NCBI RefSeq assembly: GCF_006345805.1
Contig: NC_043007.1
Coordinates: 3,472,001-3,536,000 of the forward strand
Reading direction: 5' to 3'
Source: Octopus sinensis
Lineage: Eukaryota
DNA: 64,000 nt
Position numbers and translations under genes: made by a program. Below are positions 1-13,746 of this stretch, in pieces. Each line of letters begins with the position of its first letter. The stretch's first letter is position 1. The notes below the pieces were generated by a model. It was not told the origin of the DNA, did no database searches, and worked only from the letters and a program-made list of their open reading frames with translations.

Positions 1-281
1 TACAAGACACCAAATTGGTGAAACCGCTTCTATTAAACAATGCTCTTACAACGCCTTGCCCCAGACATGAAACGAACCCTTGATCTTTCAGTTTGTAGGT
101 TCTTAAGCAAATCTCTGCCGAACTTTTATTGTTCTTTCTATTAATTTAATAAATTCATTGGTCTTTCTGTATTTGTGCTCAAATCTTGAGAATTTCTCTC
201 CTTCCAGCTATAATGAATTATTAGATCAAATCGCCCATACGCATCCACCAGAAGTGTATCGTACTCAATCTCAGTTAGAAA

Positions 282-427
282 TGAGTATGACTGGCAGAAA
301 CGTTAGCACGCCGGGCGAAATGCGTAGCCGTATTTCGTCTGCCGTTACGTTCTGAGTTCAAATTTCGCCGGGGTCGACTTTGCCTTTCATCCTTTCGGGG
401 TCGATAAATTAAGTACCAGTTACGCAT
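282..427 (+). mobile_element. tRNA-derived SINE family A
   Basis: TGGCAGAAACGTTAGCACGCCG...GTTCAAATT...GGGGTCGATAAATTAAGTACCAG; further copies near 2268-2470, 22370-22560, 38850-39050, 39950-40160, 54735-54910, 61425-61570. Confidence 0.8.
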
Positions 428-429
428 GG

Positions 430-1000
430 CCTTTAGTAAACTGAGCGTTTCACTTCCAAGTTTTTTCGAGGAATGCTACACTGGCTGATTTGGGAATTGC
501 AGAGGAGGTCATCAGGAAGCTAGTTCTTCCTGGGGAGATCACTTCCAACACGTAGGATATTGTTTCCTTCACCATGCAGCACTAAGTTAATGTATTTGTT
601 GTTTAGTGCCTTCAGAGAGAGACTTTGCCTCATTCGAAGGTTGTCTACACAGATCTCAAGCCTCGACCTCCGTTATCTCTTCTTAGGTAGAGGCTGGCGA
701 TATCCCTAATTCAGTGAAGGTTTCCAGTTGATGTCGGAATCTTGCGGTTTTAGTATCTATGAAGTGGATTTCTTCTGCAGATCAGTCATACCAAATGTTG
801 GAATAAGCATTGATACTGAAAATGCATTGTGAAATATTGCCATTTTGTAAGAGAAGAGTTCCGACAGCCGTATTTTTCTAATTCTCGTATAATATTGTTG
901 GATCACTCCATCTTTATTCACAGTACCTCCGTATGATATATTTTCATCAATGCCAAGGTACCTGTAGAATTTTTGCGTGGGACAGGACAGATAGTGAGAC
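430..1000 (-). mobile_element. R4/Dong-like non-LTR retrotransposon RT C-terminal fragment
   Basis: Manual translation gives FYRYLGIDEN and a LYLRR.GRGL-like motif, with stops. Confidence 0.6.
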
Positions 1001-2169
1001 TATTCATGCACAGTGTTTGGACCTAGGGGACTGATTTTCCCCGTTCAACAACGACATATGAACATTTATTTTGTCCAAATTCCATTTCTATGTCAGCTTA
1101 AAATGTTGTTACTAATTCCAGCTTTTATTTTTTCTTCTGCATTGTCAATATATTTAGCATCAAGAAATTATCCTCAAATAAATTATTGGTTACATGAATA
1201 TCTCAAGCAGTTGCAGACCCTAGCATGTAACCATTTGATTTTTGTAGCAAGAATGGAATGGAGTTAACGCCAAAATGAAAAGAATTACAGAGACTATCTC
1301 CTTGGAATACTCACTTTGAAGTAATAATGACATATATGCATATATATGTGTGTGTGTATGTATGTATGTATGTATGTATGTATGAATGTGGTGAAAGTAT
1401 GATATACGTTTATTGAAATAATTTTAGCAACGGGCATACAATGTTTTAATGTGTATCGCCAGAAATATTAATTTGAGACTCTACTGCAGGAACAAACTGC
1501 GTTGGAAAGGACGTCTAGCGGCAGGGAATTGAAGCACTATTTCACTACTTCCTTTACGATATATACTATTGTATATATTTTTAATTATGAGCAATCAACC
1601 AGACTTCTGCCGTTAACGACAATACCCAAGCTGCTGTTCATTAATTAATGATGCAAGCTTAAAATCTCAGATATCCTGAACGTATAAAAACGCCGTTCAG
1701 ATCAAATATCAAAGACAATCAATGCGGAAATTGCTTTATTTCCTACCGGAAACCATGCTAATATAGCTAATACTTTGATTAAATTTGAACAGCTTTATGG
1801 TCAGATAATAAGGACATAATTAACAACTCTCTATTTTAGCGCTAACTGCAGAACATTCAGTTGATAACAACGTTCTGGTTCTTTCGGTGAACGGGAAAAT
1901 CATTTCAATAAAATACGAGTTTCAAGACGTTGGTAAAACACCGAAGTCATCTCCAAGCTTTATGGAAGCTGTGATGTAATAGGAAAACGCCCCGACCAGT
2001 GGCAAAGTTCATTGTGGTAGTTTTATCACGACGATGCATCTTCGCCTTGAGTGTGAGATAGCGTTTGACCCAAAATGGCATGATTCCGTTTATCCACGAA
2101 CCTTCTTCACCCGATCTTGCCCCTTGAAACTTTTTTGTTTCTCCGCGCTTGCACACATACACACATGCA

Positions 2170-2201
<32 letters not shown>

Positions 2202-2210
2202 GTGTGTGTG

Positions 2211-2241
<31 letters not shown>

Positions 2242-3059
2242 ACACGTTAATATTAATGACTGAAGAAAGGCGGCGTGCTGGCAGAATCGTTAGCACGTCG
2301 AGCAAAACTCTTAGTGGCATATCGTCCGTCTTTTCGTTCTGAGTTCGTATTCTGCCCAGGTCGAATCTGCTTCACCCTTTTGGGATCGATAAAATAAGTA
2401 CCAATTGAGCACTGGGGCCGATGCAATCGACTTATACCCTTAGGCGAAATTGCTGGCCTCGTGGCAAAATTTGATGCAAATATTAATGAACGGAGAGCAA
2501 GAGACCTTAATAAAAGAGGAGGGAAAAACGCCAAATTCGTTTACAATTCATCTCTCAGAATTCATATCGAAACGTGTGGGTTGACGCTGACATAAATTTA
2601 TGTTGCAATGTTCAATCTGGGAAACCTGAATGAAGACAGACCTGACGAATATCATGATTTGGGCTGCACAAAATCGCTATAAACAACGTGTATAAATCTG
2701 TTCTGGGCGTGGTTTCGTATTGGTGACAGGGAGGTGATGCTTAGAGCAGCAGGTGCCAACCAATTGAAGTAAAAGCAAGCGGAATGGTTTTTCTTCTCTG
2801 AAATAACAAACACACATTTTTTTTATATTTTCACACGCGAAGATATGCTTGCCGGATATATTTACGAAACAAATGAAAGGTATACACCCCGAACGCATTT
2901 ACTCATATCCGGACATACGCACCCGCTTCCGTATTGCGTATCTTGATATTCTCAAATGTATTTATTTAGATATATGGCATTTGTAGTTATCCACACGCAA
3001 CCGTGGCGTACGTATGCGTATAAGTACACTCATTCAGAATCGTTTGTGTGTGCGTGCAT

Positions 3060-3199
3060 GTAATATGTAAATATGTACATAAATAAATATTTAGATATAG
3101 GTAGATATTTTTACGTTTATAGATATATTTCTTCATATATCTATGTATATATATATATGTTTTTATATATATACGTATATATATATTCATATATCTATG

Positions 3200-3230
<31 letters not shown>

Positions 3231-3355
3231 ACATATATATATTCATATATCTATGTATATATATATACGTTTATATATATATAAATATATATATATATTC
3301 AGATATCTATGTATATATATGTTAATATATATATGTATATATACATATATTCATA

Positions 3356-3395
<40 letters not shown>

Positions 3396-3476
3396 ATTAT
3401 ATATATATATTCATATATCTATGTACATATATGTTTTATATATATACAAACATATATATATGTATATATATGTTTG

Positions 3477-3520
<44 letters not shown>

Positions 3521-3810
3521 TATATATATACATACACAAACAAATATACATATACAGACGCACATGCTCACTTACATGTATATTTACTATCTTTTACACA
3601 CATACACGCGCACATATACATTCATATACACATACGTACATACGTATATACAAACATACATACATACAGACATGCATGCATATACACATACACACATAAA
3701 TAAATGAATACATGCATAGATTCATCATATACAAACGCACTTACAAACACACATACATACGTACACTCAAATGCACACACATATATACAAATGTATGGAA
3801 ACCTGTACGT
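3060..3810. repeat. Compound (TA)n/(CATA)n microsatellite field (representative)
   Basis: Similar fields at 4470-5000, 6510-6730, 24140-24320, 26520-26890, 30700-31015, 32740-33105, 53680-54410, 56440-56715, 59610-60170, 60560-60770. Confidence 0.98.
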
Positions 3811-4470
3811 ACACAATCGCACGAAAGCATGCAATTAAATATACACCCATGCGCTCAATATAAAACACCATTATACTAAGTTTTAGTTTCCCTTCTAGAA
3901 ACCACACGATCAGAATGAGTGAAAATTTCTGTATTGCTGAAAATCCTCCAACTGAAAAGATTGCGGTTAATGTGTGACATTTGCGTATGAAAACCACACG
4001 TGTGGTTTCCTAATATTATCGCTACTTCCTTACGCTAAAAAGTAAGAAAGCCTTTCTAACCTCGCTATTTACTTTTACTATTCATATTCCGGGTGTTGAT
4101 TACAGGAATGCTGCCAGTGGAGGTACCGTTGGTTCGAAGAATAACTAACATCGTTACCTTATGTGTGTGAGGGTGTGTTTTGGCCTGGGTGTGTCGAGGT
4201 GTGTCTGTGAATCGCTGTTTAAAAGGTTAGCATTTCTTTTTTTTTTTCAGTTAGTGTATTAATTATTATATTTTCTTCTGCGCTTACTGATTTTTCGAAT
4301 AGGAAATATAGGTAGACGAGTAAATTCATATTAAAAACGCTACGAGGGAAAGAGTTTTCTCAAGGGGAAAAAATGATCTCAATCAGTGATCTAGTTTTGT
4401 ATAAACCAATTCATTGATAAGAAAACGTTTCACAATAAGGTTATATAGATATTAAACCACACGAACACCA

Positions 4471-4513
<43 letters not shown>

Positions 4514-4565
4514 ATATATATATACATACACATATATATAATATATGTGTATATATATATGTATA

Positions 4566-4607
<42 letters not shown>

Positions 4608-4858
4608 TATCTTTATATAAATATATATATACATATATACATTATAGATATGTTATATATATAAATATATAGATAGATAGATAGATAGTTGGATATATAT
4701 ATATGTACATATACATATATATAGTATATATATCTATGTTTGTATATATATATATATATGTTTTATATATATATGTATATATATATATATTATATATATA
4801 TATATATTATGTATATTTTATATATATATATATGTATAAAAGGGAGAGATGATATGCA

Positions 4859-4890
<32 letters not shown>

Positions 4891-5448
4891 CATACATAAA
4901 ACACATAATCGCGTGTTATAGATATAGATATCATTATATATGCATTAATATTCAACTATAAGCATATATACGTACACAGACACACACATACACACACGCA
5001 CGCACGCGCGTATTAATAGACAAAATTAAATATGACGCCGCCAAACCGCACGGCCATTAGATATTTCATTTCATGAGATCATGCTTAATATTCATAATAT
5101 AAATTTGCAGCAGAATAATGTTTCATTATGTATCATCGATATCCACGTCTAAACTCTGTCATTAGGAGTGGGATGCGTGCTGTTTACGAAGGTGTTGAAA
5201 ACGGCAAGCAAGAAAACCATTATATTGCCATTTCCAAGAGAGGCCAATAGGCTTTGGAACCGGGATATCAGCGTTGTTACCCTTGAGTTGCTGATAATAA
5301 ATATTTGCAGTTATTACTATTCTGCTGAAAGGCAAAATATCACATCTTCTAAATATGTATGAACATTATAAATATGTATAAGCATTTAGAAACATACATG
5401 AATATTATATTATATATTAATATATATTATATATATATATATATATAT

Positions 5449-5479
<31 letters not shown>

Positions 5480-5897
5480 AAGGCGCAGGAGTGTCTGTGT
5501 GGTAAGTAGCTTGCCTACCAACCACATGGTTCCGAGTTCAGTCCCACTGCGTGGCACCTTGGGCAAGTGTCTTCTACTATAGCCTCGGGCCGACCAGAGC
5601 CTTGTGAGTGGATTTGGTAGACGGAAACTGAAAGAAGCCCGTCGTATATATGTATATATATATATATGTGTGCGTGTATGTTTGTGTGTCTGTGTCTGTC
5701 CCCCTAGCATTGCTTGACAACCGATGCTGGTGTGTTTATGTCCCCGTCACTTAGCGGTTCGGCAGAAAGAGACTGATAGAATAAGTACTGGGGTTACAAA
5801 GAATAAGTCCCGGGGTCGAATTGCTCGACTAAAGGCGGTGCGCCAGCATGGCCGCAGTCAAATGACTGAAACAAGTAAAAGAGTAAAAGAGTAAAGA
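5480..5897 (+). mobile_element. tRNA/CORE-like SINE family B
   Basis: GGCGCAGGAGTG.CTGTGTGGTAAG head, CACCTTGGGCAAGTG CORE-like block, internal (TA/TG)n, tail GGCGGTGC.CCAGCATGGCC...(GTAAAAGA)n. Confidence 0.85.
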
Positions 5898-6539
5898 GTA
5901 TATATATATATGCGCGCGCATCTGTGTGTGTGATTTAATGTACATAGTATACAAAATATGAGCTACTAATAATTTCTTGCTGTAAAGGTAGGTGTCAGGG
6001 CAGGTTTTTTATAACACGCCTTGTGTCTCCTTGATATATACATACATACATACATACATACATACATACATACATACATACATCAAATTAAGGATGAAAA
6101 ATCAGATAGGTTCAACAATTAAAATATTAAATATTAAATACATTTAATACAAAAAAATGTATATATGTATACATATAAAAAAACTATCCAACTTACACAG
6201 AATGGAAATGGTATCAGGAATTAAGGAAGTTGAGTAGGAGTTTTATGAACTCAGGGAAGAATTTTACACTTGAGGTGAAGACTGTATGGAGTTTAAAGAT
6301 GGAATTTAAAGACATATATATATATATATATTATATATATATAATTTATGGTGATTGACGATTTACGTCTGTTTTCAGCATATTGGCATAGAAATATTTT
6401 TTCTTTTGCCCTTGTTTATAAATTGTTTATAATTTTCACCTTTAAAGGTATTTTAATATGCTGCCACGTTTGTGATATTTTTTCTGAAAAGATTTTATCC
6501 TATATTAGTAGTATATATACATACATATATATATAATAT

Positions 6540-6633
<94 letters not shown>

Positions 6634-6646
6634 TCATACACACACT

Positions 6647-6713
<67 letters not shown>

Positions 6714-8339
6714 TTGTGTGTGTATGTATGTATCCATTTATTTATCTATCTATCTCTAACTATCCGTCTAGCCACCAGTCTAATCTTTTTCTTTTTATTT
6801 AAAAAAATGCGTTGGTGACATTCTTAATCAAGAATTATTAGGATTAGGAATAAGTCGCTATTTGTGCTTCTTCCCTTCTTTTTTTATTTATTTATTTTTT
6901 TTTTATCGAAGGAATTAAACTTTTGGATTACTTAATCCTAGAGAATGCGATTCGTGTTCACATCTGTTTCCTTGGAAGCATTTGAAGACTTTACACACTT
7001 GGCATATTTCGGATGCTTTTTTCTTCTTGAAGTTAACAACTTTATCCATGGTTTGTCTTTACAGCTAAATGAAGCTCTGAACACTTCTGTATATAAAAAA
7101 CCCGACACTTCAACCGTGTGTCTGACACTCTATTGCCTCGGTCGTGCGTCTCATAAGCTTCATGACACTGTCTGTCAAAAATATTAGAATAAAATATAAA
7201 CATTTGAAACATTTCTTTCATTTTTCTTTCTTCAAATTAAAAATTGAAATTGATGAGGTGACAAATATAAATCTTCAAATAACAAAAGAATATTTCTCTT
7301 GCGATTAACTGCCGTTTGTCTTGAAATCGATGATAAATCAAATCGTAATCAATAAGTAATCGATTGAGGTTACTATAATCTGTGAAAGAAAGATACTGCA
7401 TGCGACTGTTCGTTAAAGAAACAAATCAATATTAAAAAAAAAATCATCGGACAATTAAAATGCAAAATTCTTCTTCAGTTGTCAATTAGACTTCAAAGAA
7501 ATGTTGTAATTACCATTATCGTCTGCAGCAACAATGATGATTTCAAAACATCAATAATATTAATAATAATGGTGTTTGTTTTTGTTTAGCTAATGGCAAT
7601 TAAGTTGAAGAGAATCGAATTTAGAATAAACTGAACATATAACGACATAAAATTAACGAAAAATTAAACTTTCTAAAACAAAATTGAATACGAACAAATT
7701 TTATACAGGTTTTCTTAGAATGAAATATCACTTTTACGCTTGTCTTCTTCTTCAGATATATCTATGTTTCTTTATTTACAGCTTGTGTTATTTCAATTTC
7801 GTATTCTGTCTCCCTTGCATAACCACAACTAAATGCAATAACTACATCTTGCAATTTTAATTTTTTTTTTAGTTTTATTGATAGGATAACAGAAATTATC
7901 CTCATGCTTAAATTGTTCAAGACAAATTCGCATCAGTAATTCAGCACATTATCAAAACAAAATCATTCGATTGTATCTATCGAGCGAATCTCTAAACAGA
8001 ATTTCTTGTCTCTGGGCTCCAACCGTATCTTGTGTCTTGTCTTGGTGGTTTCCTGCCACATCACCCCCTCGCAACCTGCTCTCCCTCCAAACCTACACCA
8101 CATCAATTCTGGTTTGTTTGTCTTCTTCCACTCATTTCCTGTTATGTATTAGCTATTTTATTCCTTGCTATTTTTACAAATACAGATAAAAAATGTAACT
8201 ATCATTCATTCTATTCCAACCTTCTGCAGTCAAGGATCATCCATTAATAACTAAAGCATTTCATTCCAAACTTGTACATTTTTGGTAAAAAGACACCTCG
8301 AAAACATTTTCTATTTTGTCTCCTTCAAAAGCACCGAGG

Positions 8340-8920
8340 CCCAATCACTATACGTATCAAAACATTATCTCAACCAACATCTTAAACATAAACATCATCT
8401 ACAACGACAAACCTCAAGATTTCTACAATGCTAGATCTCACCATTACTGAAGATGTCCCCGTACATTTTCAAGACCCCGATGCCTTACCTTTCTCTTCAG
8501 AGACAAAAAATACTCTACCCCCAATAACTACTCAGTCAACCCGACAAACTATCAATAGTCCTACACCTAGAATGGTGCTAATACTATACATACAGACACC
8601 CGAGATCTCGTCGAAAAAAAGGCCACCCGACTGACTGGCACGAAATATTTCGCGACACACTTCAGCTTTAAGCCCATAGTCGTATTATCTTCTAACAATT
8701 TCTTCTCTTCTACTCCTGGAGTAACTGTTTTCTCAGTGTTGGCTGATCGCATGCCACCTCCACTTACACACTGAGGAGTCACTCATCTCTCTTCACTCGT
8801 CCCTCAATCTAATCCTTACCCAGTCCTTCCACACCATAACTTCGATCCTCTGAAATTTCCTGCTCTCAATATTTTTTCAGCAGCCATAAACACTAACCAT
8901 TTCGATCGATACGATCTCGG
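8340..8920 (+). mobile_element. Highly decayed CR1/Zenon-like LINE 3' region
   Basis: SIVLHLEWC (cf. S.VRPHLEY) and DLVEKKATRL (cf. L.RVQKRA.RL) in shifting frames. Confidence 0.4.
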
Positions 8921-9254
8921 AGGGCCGCCGAAGTTCGTGAAGACGACCCCTTCCTCCAAGTCAAAACATTATCAAATACATATTTTCTTTACCACACATC
9001 TATTTCGTAAATTGCCTTTGTGCTTGACAGACAGTCTTTGTGGTTCACTTTTTCCAGATATAACTTAAAACTAATTCATTTTTCTCGAATTAGATTAATC
9101 GAATTAGATGTATCGTAAATTAAAAGGATATTCTTTCTAAAAAAGTTTGCCTTCTACAGTAATGTCTCTACAACTGACCCTAGAAAATTGGTGATAAAAT
9201 ATAGTGGATCCCTAGAAGTTACCATCAAGTGAAAAAGAAAGAGTACGCATACGT

Positions 9255-9672
9255 AGGCGTAGGAGTGGCTGTGTGGTAGGTAGCTTGCTTACGAACCACA
9301 TGGTTCCGGGTTCAGTCCCACTGCGTGGCACCTTGAGCAAGTGTCTTCTACTATAGCCTCGGGCCGACCAAAGCCTTGTGAGTGGTTTTGGTAGACGGAA
9401 ACTGAAAAAAGCCCGTCGTATATACATATATTTATGTATGTATATATATGTATGTGTGTATATGTTTAAGTGGTTGTCCCCTCCCCCAACATCGCTTATG
9501 CTGGTGTGTTTACGTCCCCGTAACTTAGCGGTTCGGTAAAAGAGGCCGACAGAATAAGTACTAGGCTTACAAAGAATAAGACCTGGGGTCGATTTGCTCG
9601 ACTGAAGGCGGTGCTCCAGCATGGCCACAGTCAAATGACTGAAAGAGGTAAAAGAGTAAAAGAGTAAAGAGT
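9255..9672 (+). mobile_element. SINE family B
   Basis: Matches 5480-5897. Confidence 0.85.
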
Positions 9673-10598
9673 ATACGTAATTTCTCAAAAGAAACAAAAC
9701 AGTATTCAAGAGCATTCAGACAATTAAATTCCAAAGCACTTCTCTGGTAATTAATTAGACTTCAAGGAGATCTCGTAATTATTATTAGCTGCAACAAATG
9801 ACGTTCAGCTGTGATGAGTCCACAATTAACTCACACAAAATTAGTAACAGTTATTCCTACTTCACTGAAACAAACGTTAATAACAATAAAAGTTAATTGT
9901 TGACTGACTTCACAGATATTTCTGCGCTGCCCCTTTTTGCACTTAGATCGAAACGCTTAATAATTTTCGTACTATTTGACGCTGAAGACTATTAATTAGG
10001 GCGCTGGGTGGTACGGAGCTCATCGAGTTACCTGTTAGTCAATATCAGGGAATTAATTCCCTAATGACTGGCACTCTGTCGCTTACGACGATGAGAATTT
10101 CAGTTGCTCCGATCAACAGAACAGCCTGCTCGTGAAATTAATGTGTAAGTGGCTGAGCACTCCGCAGACACGCATATGCTCTTGGAGATTCAGCATGACA
10201 CAGAGTGTGAGAAGACTGGCCCCTTTGAAATACGGGTACAGCCCATTCTAGCTAGCCGAGTGGACTGCTAATTTCCTAATTGTCTGTGCAATATCTGGTG
10301 CATCTGATCCTATCGCTCAACAGGCGCCCAAAACCGGTCACCAAAAATTGTACATGGTTAAGACTGAATAGCGTCAGTAACTGATTCACATTTGAGTCTT
10401 AATCTTTATTCTAACAACGAAATTTTAGATAAAACCGATCTGCATTTCGAACACTTATTAAAACTTAATAAATAGCGGGACGAAACAAAATTTGCTTCAA
10501 TTGATATTCTTAATTTGGAAACTGATTGCCCTTTCGTCAATCTAGAATTTTTTATCTGGAGTTCTAGATTTTAGTTTGTTTTAAACAAACATTTCCAG

Positions 10599-10638
<40 letters not shown>

Positions 10639-10686
10639 ATATATTATATATATATATATTATATATATATATATATTATATATATA

Positions 10687-12035
10687 CACGAGGTGGTATC
10701 AAGTTCCCGGACTAGATCTGTAGCGTGCCAACAGATGGTAGCACACAGATGCCTGCGCCGTGAAAGCTAGCAGTGAAGGCTTCAGGAGGCAATGTGCCGA
10801 ATTACATCGCAAACAGTGAAATTTTTGTTTTTGTGATTATGTTTATACTGAGGTCTGCGATTTTGTCATAGACAGGAACAAAGAACCAACGTGGAATTTT
10901 GTGTTAAACAGAGTCATTGAGCGTGCTTCGTTCGGCAAGCTTACGGCGATGAGGTAATGGATCTTACGCGATGTTTCCACTCAGACGGATGCTTCAAAGA
11001 CGAAATAACGTCCCTGGAAGACGATGAGCGATTCTGAAGACCTGCCAAGAACGTCACCCCCGGGAATGTGAAGAAGATTCATCAGCTTGTGCGTTAGGAT
11101 CGTCGGAGGATAATCAACGACATTGCTGATGTTGTTGGCCTGTCGTATGGGTCCGTGCAGGCAATCCTAACGTGTGAATTGAACATGCGGCGTATCTCTG
11201 GCAAGTTTGTCCCCCGCCTGCTGACCACTGAGCAGAAAGAACATCGCGTCGAAGTCTATCGTGGTCACCGTCAGCGTGCCGTTGATGGCCCATCCTTCAT
11301 ATCAACGATCATCACCGGTGACGAGAGTTGGGTCAACGGGTACGACCCTGAGACGAAGCAGCAGTCGTCAAAATGGAAGAGCCGTTCATCTCAGCAACCG
11401 AAGAAGGAACGACAAAACGGCAGCTCAATCAATAGCTTCATCCTCGTTCTTTTCGACATCTGTGGTATTGTGTATCGAGAATTCGTCCCCTCCCCCCACC
11501 CCACCCCGAGCCCGACCGTCAATCGAGAGTTCTACTGTGACGTTTTGAATCGTCTGAGGGAGGACATTCGGCGAAAGCGACCGGATCTGTGGAGAGCGAA
11601 GAACTGGATTCTTCACGACGACAACGCACCCTGTTACCGAGCTCTTCTCACTCGTAAGTTTCTCCACAAAAAAAAAACATGTTATCATTCCCACACCCGT
11701 ACGATTCCCCATATTTTGTACCTGTGGACTCCCATCCCTTCCTCAAGATCAAAATGCATCTCGAAGGTCACCGTTTTAAAACTGCTATTGAGAACCAGAG
11801 CGAATCACAGAAGGTGCCAGACTCGCTTACCGAAAAGACTTCCAGGCCGGATTACAAAAGTAGCAAGAACGCTGGGGCCGGTGTATTGCTTCGCAAATTG
11901 ACTATTTCTAAGATGATATGAAAACTTAGGTAAAACTTAAGTAAACTAATTTACTTAAGTTACTTACCTAGCTAGTCAGGGGACAAAAAGTTCCCGGACT
12001 AGTCATGTTATAACTAGTCCGGGAACTTTTTGATA
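10687..12035 (+). mobile_element. Mariner-family DNA transposon, decayed
   Basis: Left end TA|CACGAGGTGGTATC(A)AGTTCCCGGACTAG; matching inverted motif CTAGTCCGGGAACTTTTTGATA at 12014-12035; transposase remnant between. Confidence 0.85.
10868..11910 (+). pseudogene. Mariner (DD34D-type) transposase pseudogene
   Basis: KFVPRLLT, IITGDESWV..YDPETK.QS..W, WILHDDNAPC, frameshifted HP.YSP-like segment; stops and frameshifts. Confidence 0.9.
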
Positions 12036-12056
12036 TAGTATACATTTTGATATATA

Positions 12057-12092
<36 letters not shown>

Positions 12093-12299
12093 GTGAAATA
12101 GAAAGATGAATAATCTTGTAGTAGATTAATCAAAAGTTTAACCGATACCTTAGTAGCAAAAATCACATCAGTAAACAGCACGGTTGGAGGTACAACCATC
12201 TGGCGTTGCAACCGTGCGTTGGTGCGGATAATTGAAATTAAAACATTATTGGTGAATTGAAGAAATGGAGCTGAACGCAGATTGAACAGAAATCGTTTT

Positions 12300-12391
12300 A
12301 TTTCATTCTACACGTGTTTCGAAAGGCACAAATTACCAAAATCCGATTGAATAATGGGACCATATTGTGTCTTTCTCTTCAGGAAGAAAAT
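12300..12391 (-). ncRNA. Type I hammerhead ribozyme, second identical copy
   Basis: Exact reverse complement of the 16866-16957 motif; predicted cleavage at 12309. Confidence 0.8.
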
Positions 12392-12987
12392 AGGAAATCC
12401 GTTGGAAAAACAAAAACAGAACAGAGGCGGAGCAAAAGCAAAAACAAATCGAACTATGCTCCTAAGAGCCCATGGCGAAACTGTTTATCAGTGTATGTTG
12501 AGAACCGGTGGCTGAAGAATTCAACGGGTCAGGCATCGGTCAATCATGTGGGTGAGGTGTATAGATGTTCTTTGTGACCGAGAATAAAGTTCTGACTATT
12601 TAAGGAATATTGGATGTTTTATAAGGGGCGAGAAAAAATCTACTTAGAGACGTGTGTGTGTGTATACTGTACTATATATGTGTGTGTTGGCGTAGGGGTA
12701 GAAAACATTTTTTGTGTACGTGTGTGCGTTTGATCGTTCGGCTGTCAGTGGCTACTGCCGTGATAACCGTTGGGTGGCAGAAGAAAAAATATATATATAT
12801 ATTATGTTTTATGTGTGTGTGTGTTCATCTAAGCCTGCCTTGTCAAGGAAACCCCCCGCTGTGAAAAAACCAAGCCCCGTTTGTCTTACAGGAGTAATTC
12901 CCCTTGCAGTGGTTAATCGTAGATATCTTAAAAGCTATTTCAGAATTTGTTACCAAGGGCTATGGGTGCCGGTATTATTTATAAACG

Positions 12988-13746
12988 CTATTTAAAAGCC
13001 AGATAAGTGTAACGCCGCCAATGGGGGCATCGAAAAGCCGACTGTAAGAGCCCGTTTACCATCCGGCCTCTGGCAAACAAAATATGGAAGAGTTCGGAGA
13101 CACAAAGGTTGCACTGTCTTCTGCCCCTATCAAATGGGAGGGCCACCGACAAAATTGACCATTCCAGCCTATAGCTTAAGTTCGTATCCTTCAGTCGCCA
13201 TATTAGCTTACTGAGTCCCGTGGTCTGGCGCTTGTTCACGTCCCGAAAAGTTGCGTAATGGTTGGAGACACGCAAAGACAATCTTGAGGATGATGCCCCT
13301 ACATAAGTGAAGACATCTGAGTCCGTGTAAACCTTGCATTGGTAGACGGCGTTTTTGATCTTGGAGTTCGCCGACGTGAATCTTAATCTGCTAGGATTAG
13401 TTTCTGAAATTAGAACTGCGTTCCTGTCACTATATTCGTTCCGAGACCTGCAGCCGCTTACTACTCTATTTTCCACTACGTCACTATTAACTATAGGAAT
13501 AACCCCTGATTCTCCACTATCTATCAGAGTGCTGTCATTGCTACTGCCCGTGGTGCTGCTATTGCGGGAAATGATGCTGGGGATGCTATTGGGGCTCTCT
13601 ACCCTACTCCCATTGTTACCGTCAACCACAACACCCCTATTTATAACTATACCCCTAGTGGGTACTCCCTGGCTGGAGCTGAGATTATGTGTCACTGTAC
13701 TGGCTCTCATATCATTATTACTACTATAATTATTCCTACTGAGCAT
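12988..13746 (-). CDS. PLE GIY-YIG endonuclease ORF (252 aa, Ser/Asn-rich N-terminal half)
   Basis: AVYQCKV...TYVGAS...R..NH..TF, LSKLIWRLK, CNLC..E; ATG overlaps the RT stop codon (TAATG). Independent translation is unproven. Confidence 0.85.
   Translation of the reverse strand: MLSRNNYSSNNDMRASTVTHNLSSSQGVPTRGIVINRGVVVDGNNGSRVESPNSIPSIISRNSSTTGSSNDSTLIDSGESGVIPIVNSDVVENRVVSGCRSRNEYSDRNAVLISETNPSRLRFTSANSKIKNAVYQCKVYTDSDVFTYVGASSSRLSLRVSNHYATFRDVNKRQTTGLSKLIWRLKDTNLSYRLEWSILSVALPFDRGRRQCNLCVSELFHILFARGRMVNGLLQSAFRCPHWRRYTYLAFK

Noticed and set aside
3073-3707. Many ORFs rich in YI, VCM, HTY repeats here and across the window
   Set aside because: Translations of (TA)n, (CATA)n and (CA)n microsatellites, which lack stops in some frames
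12314-12995. Short ORFs in the PLE 3' region, mirrored at 16260-16943
   Set aside because: Apparent conservation only reflects the recent inverted duplication; an indel between copies changes one ORF end
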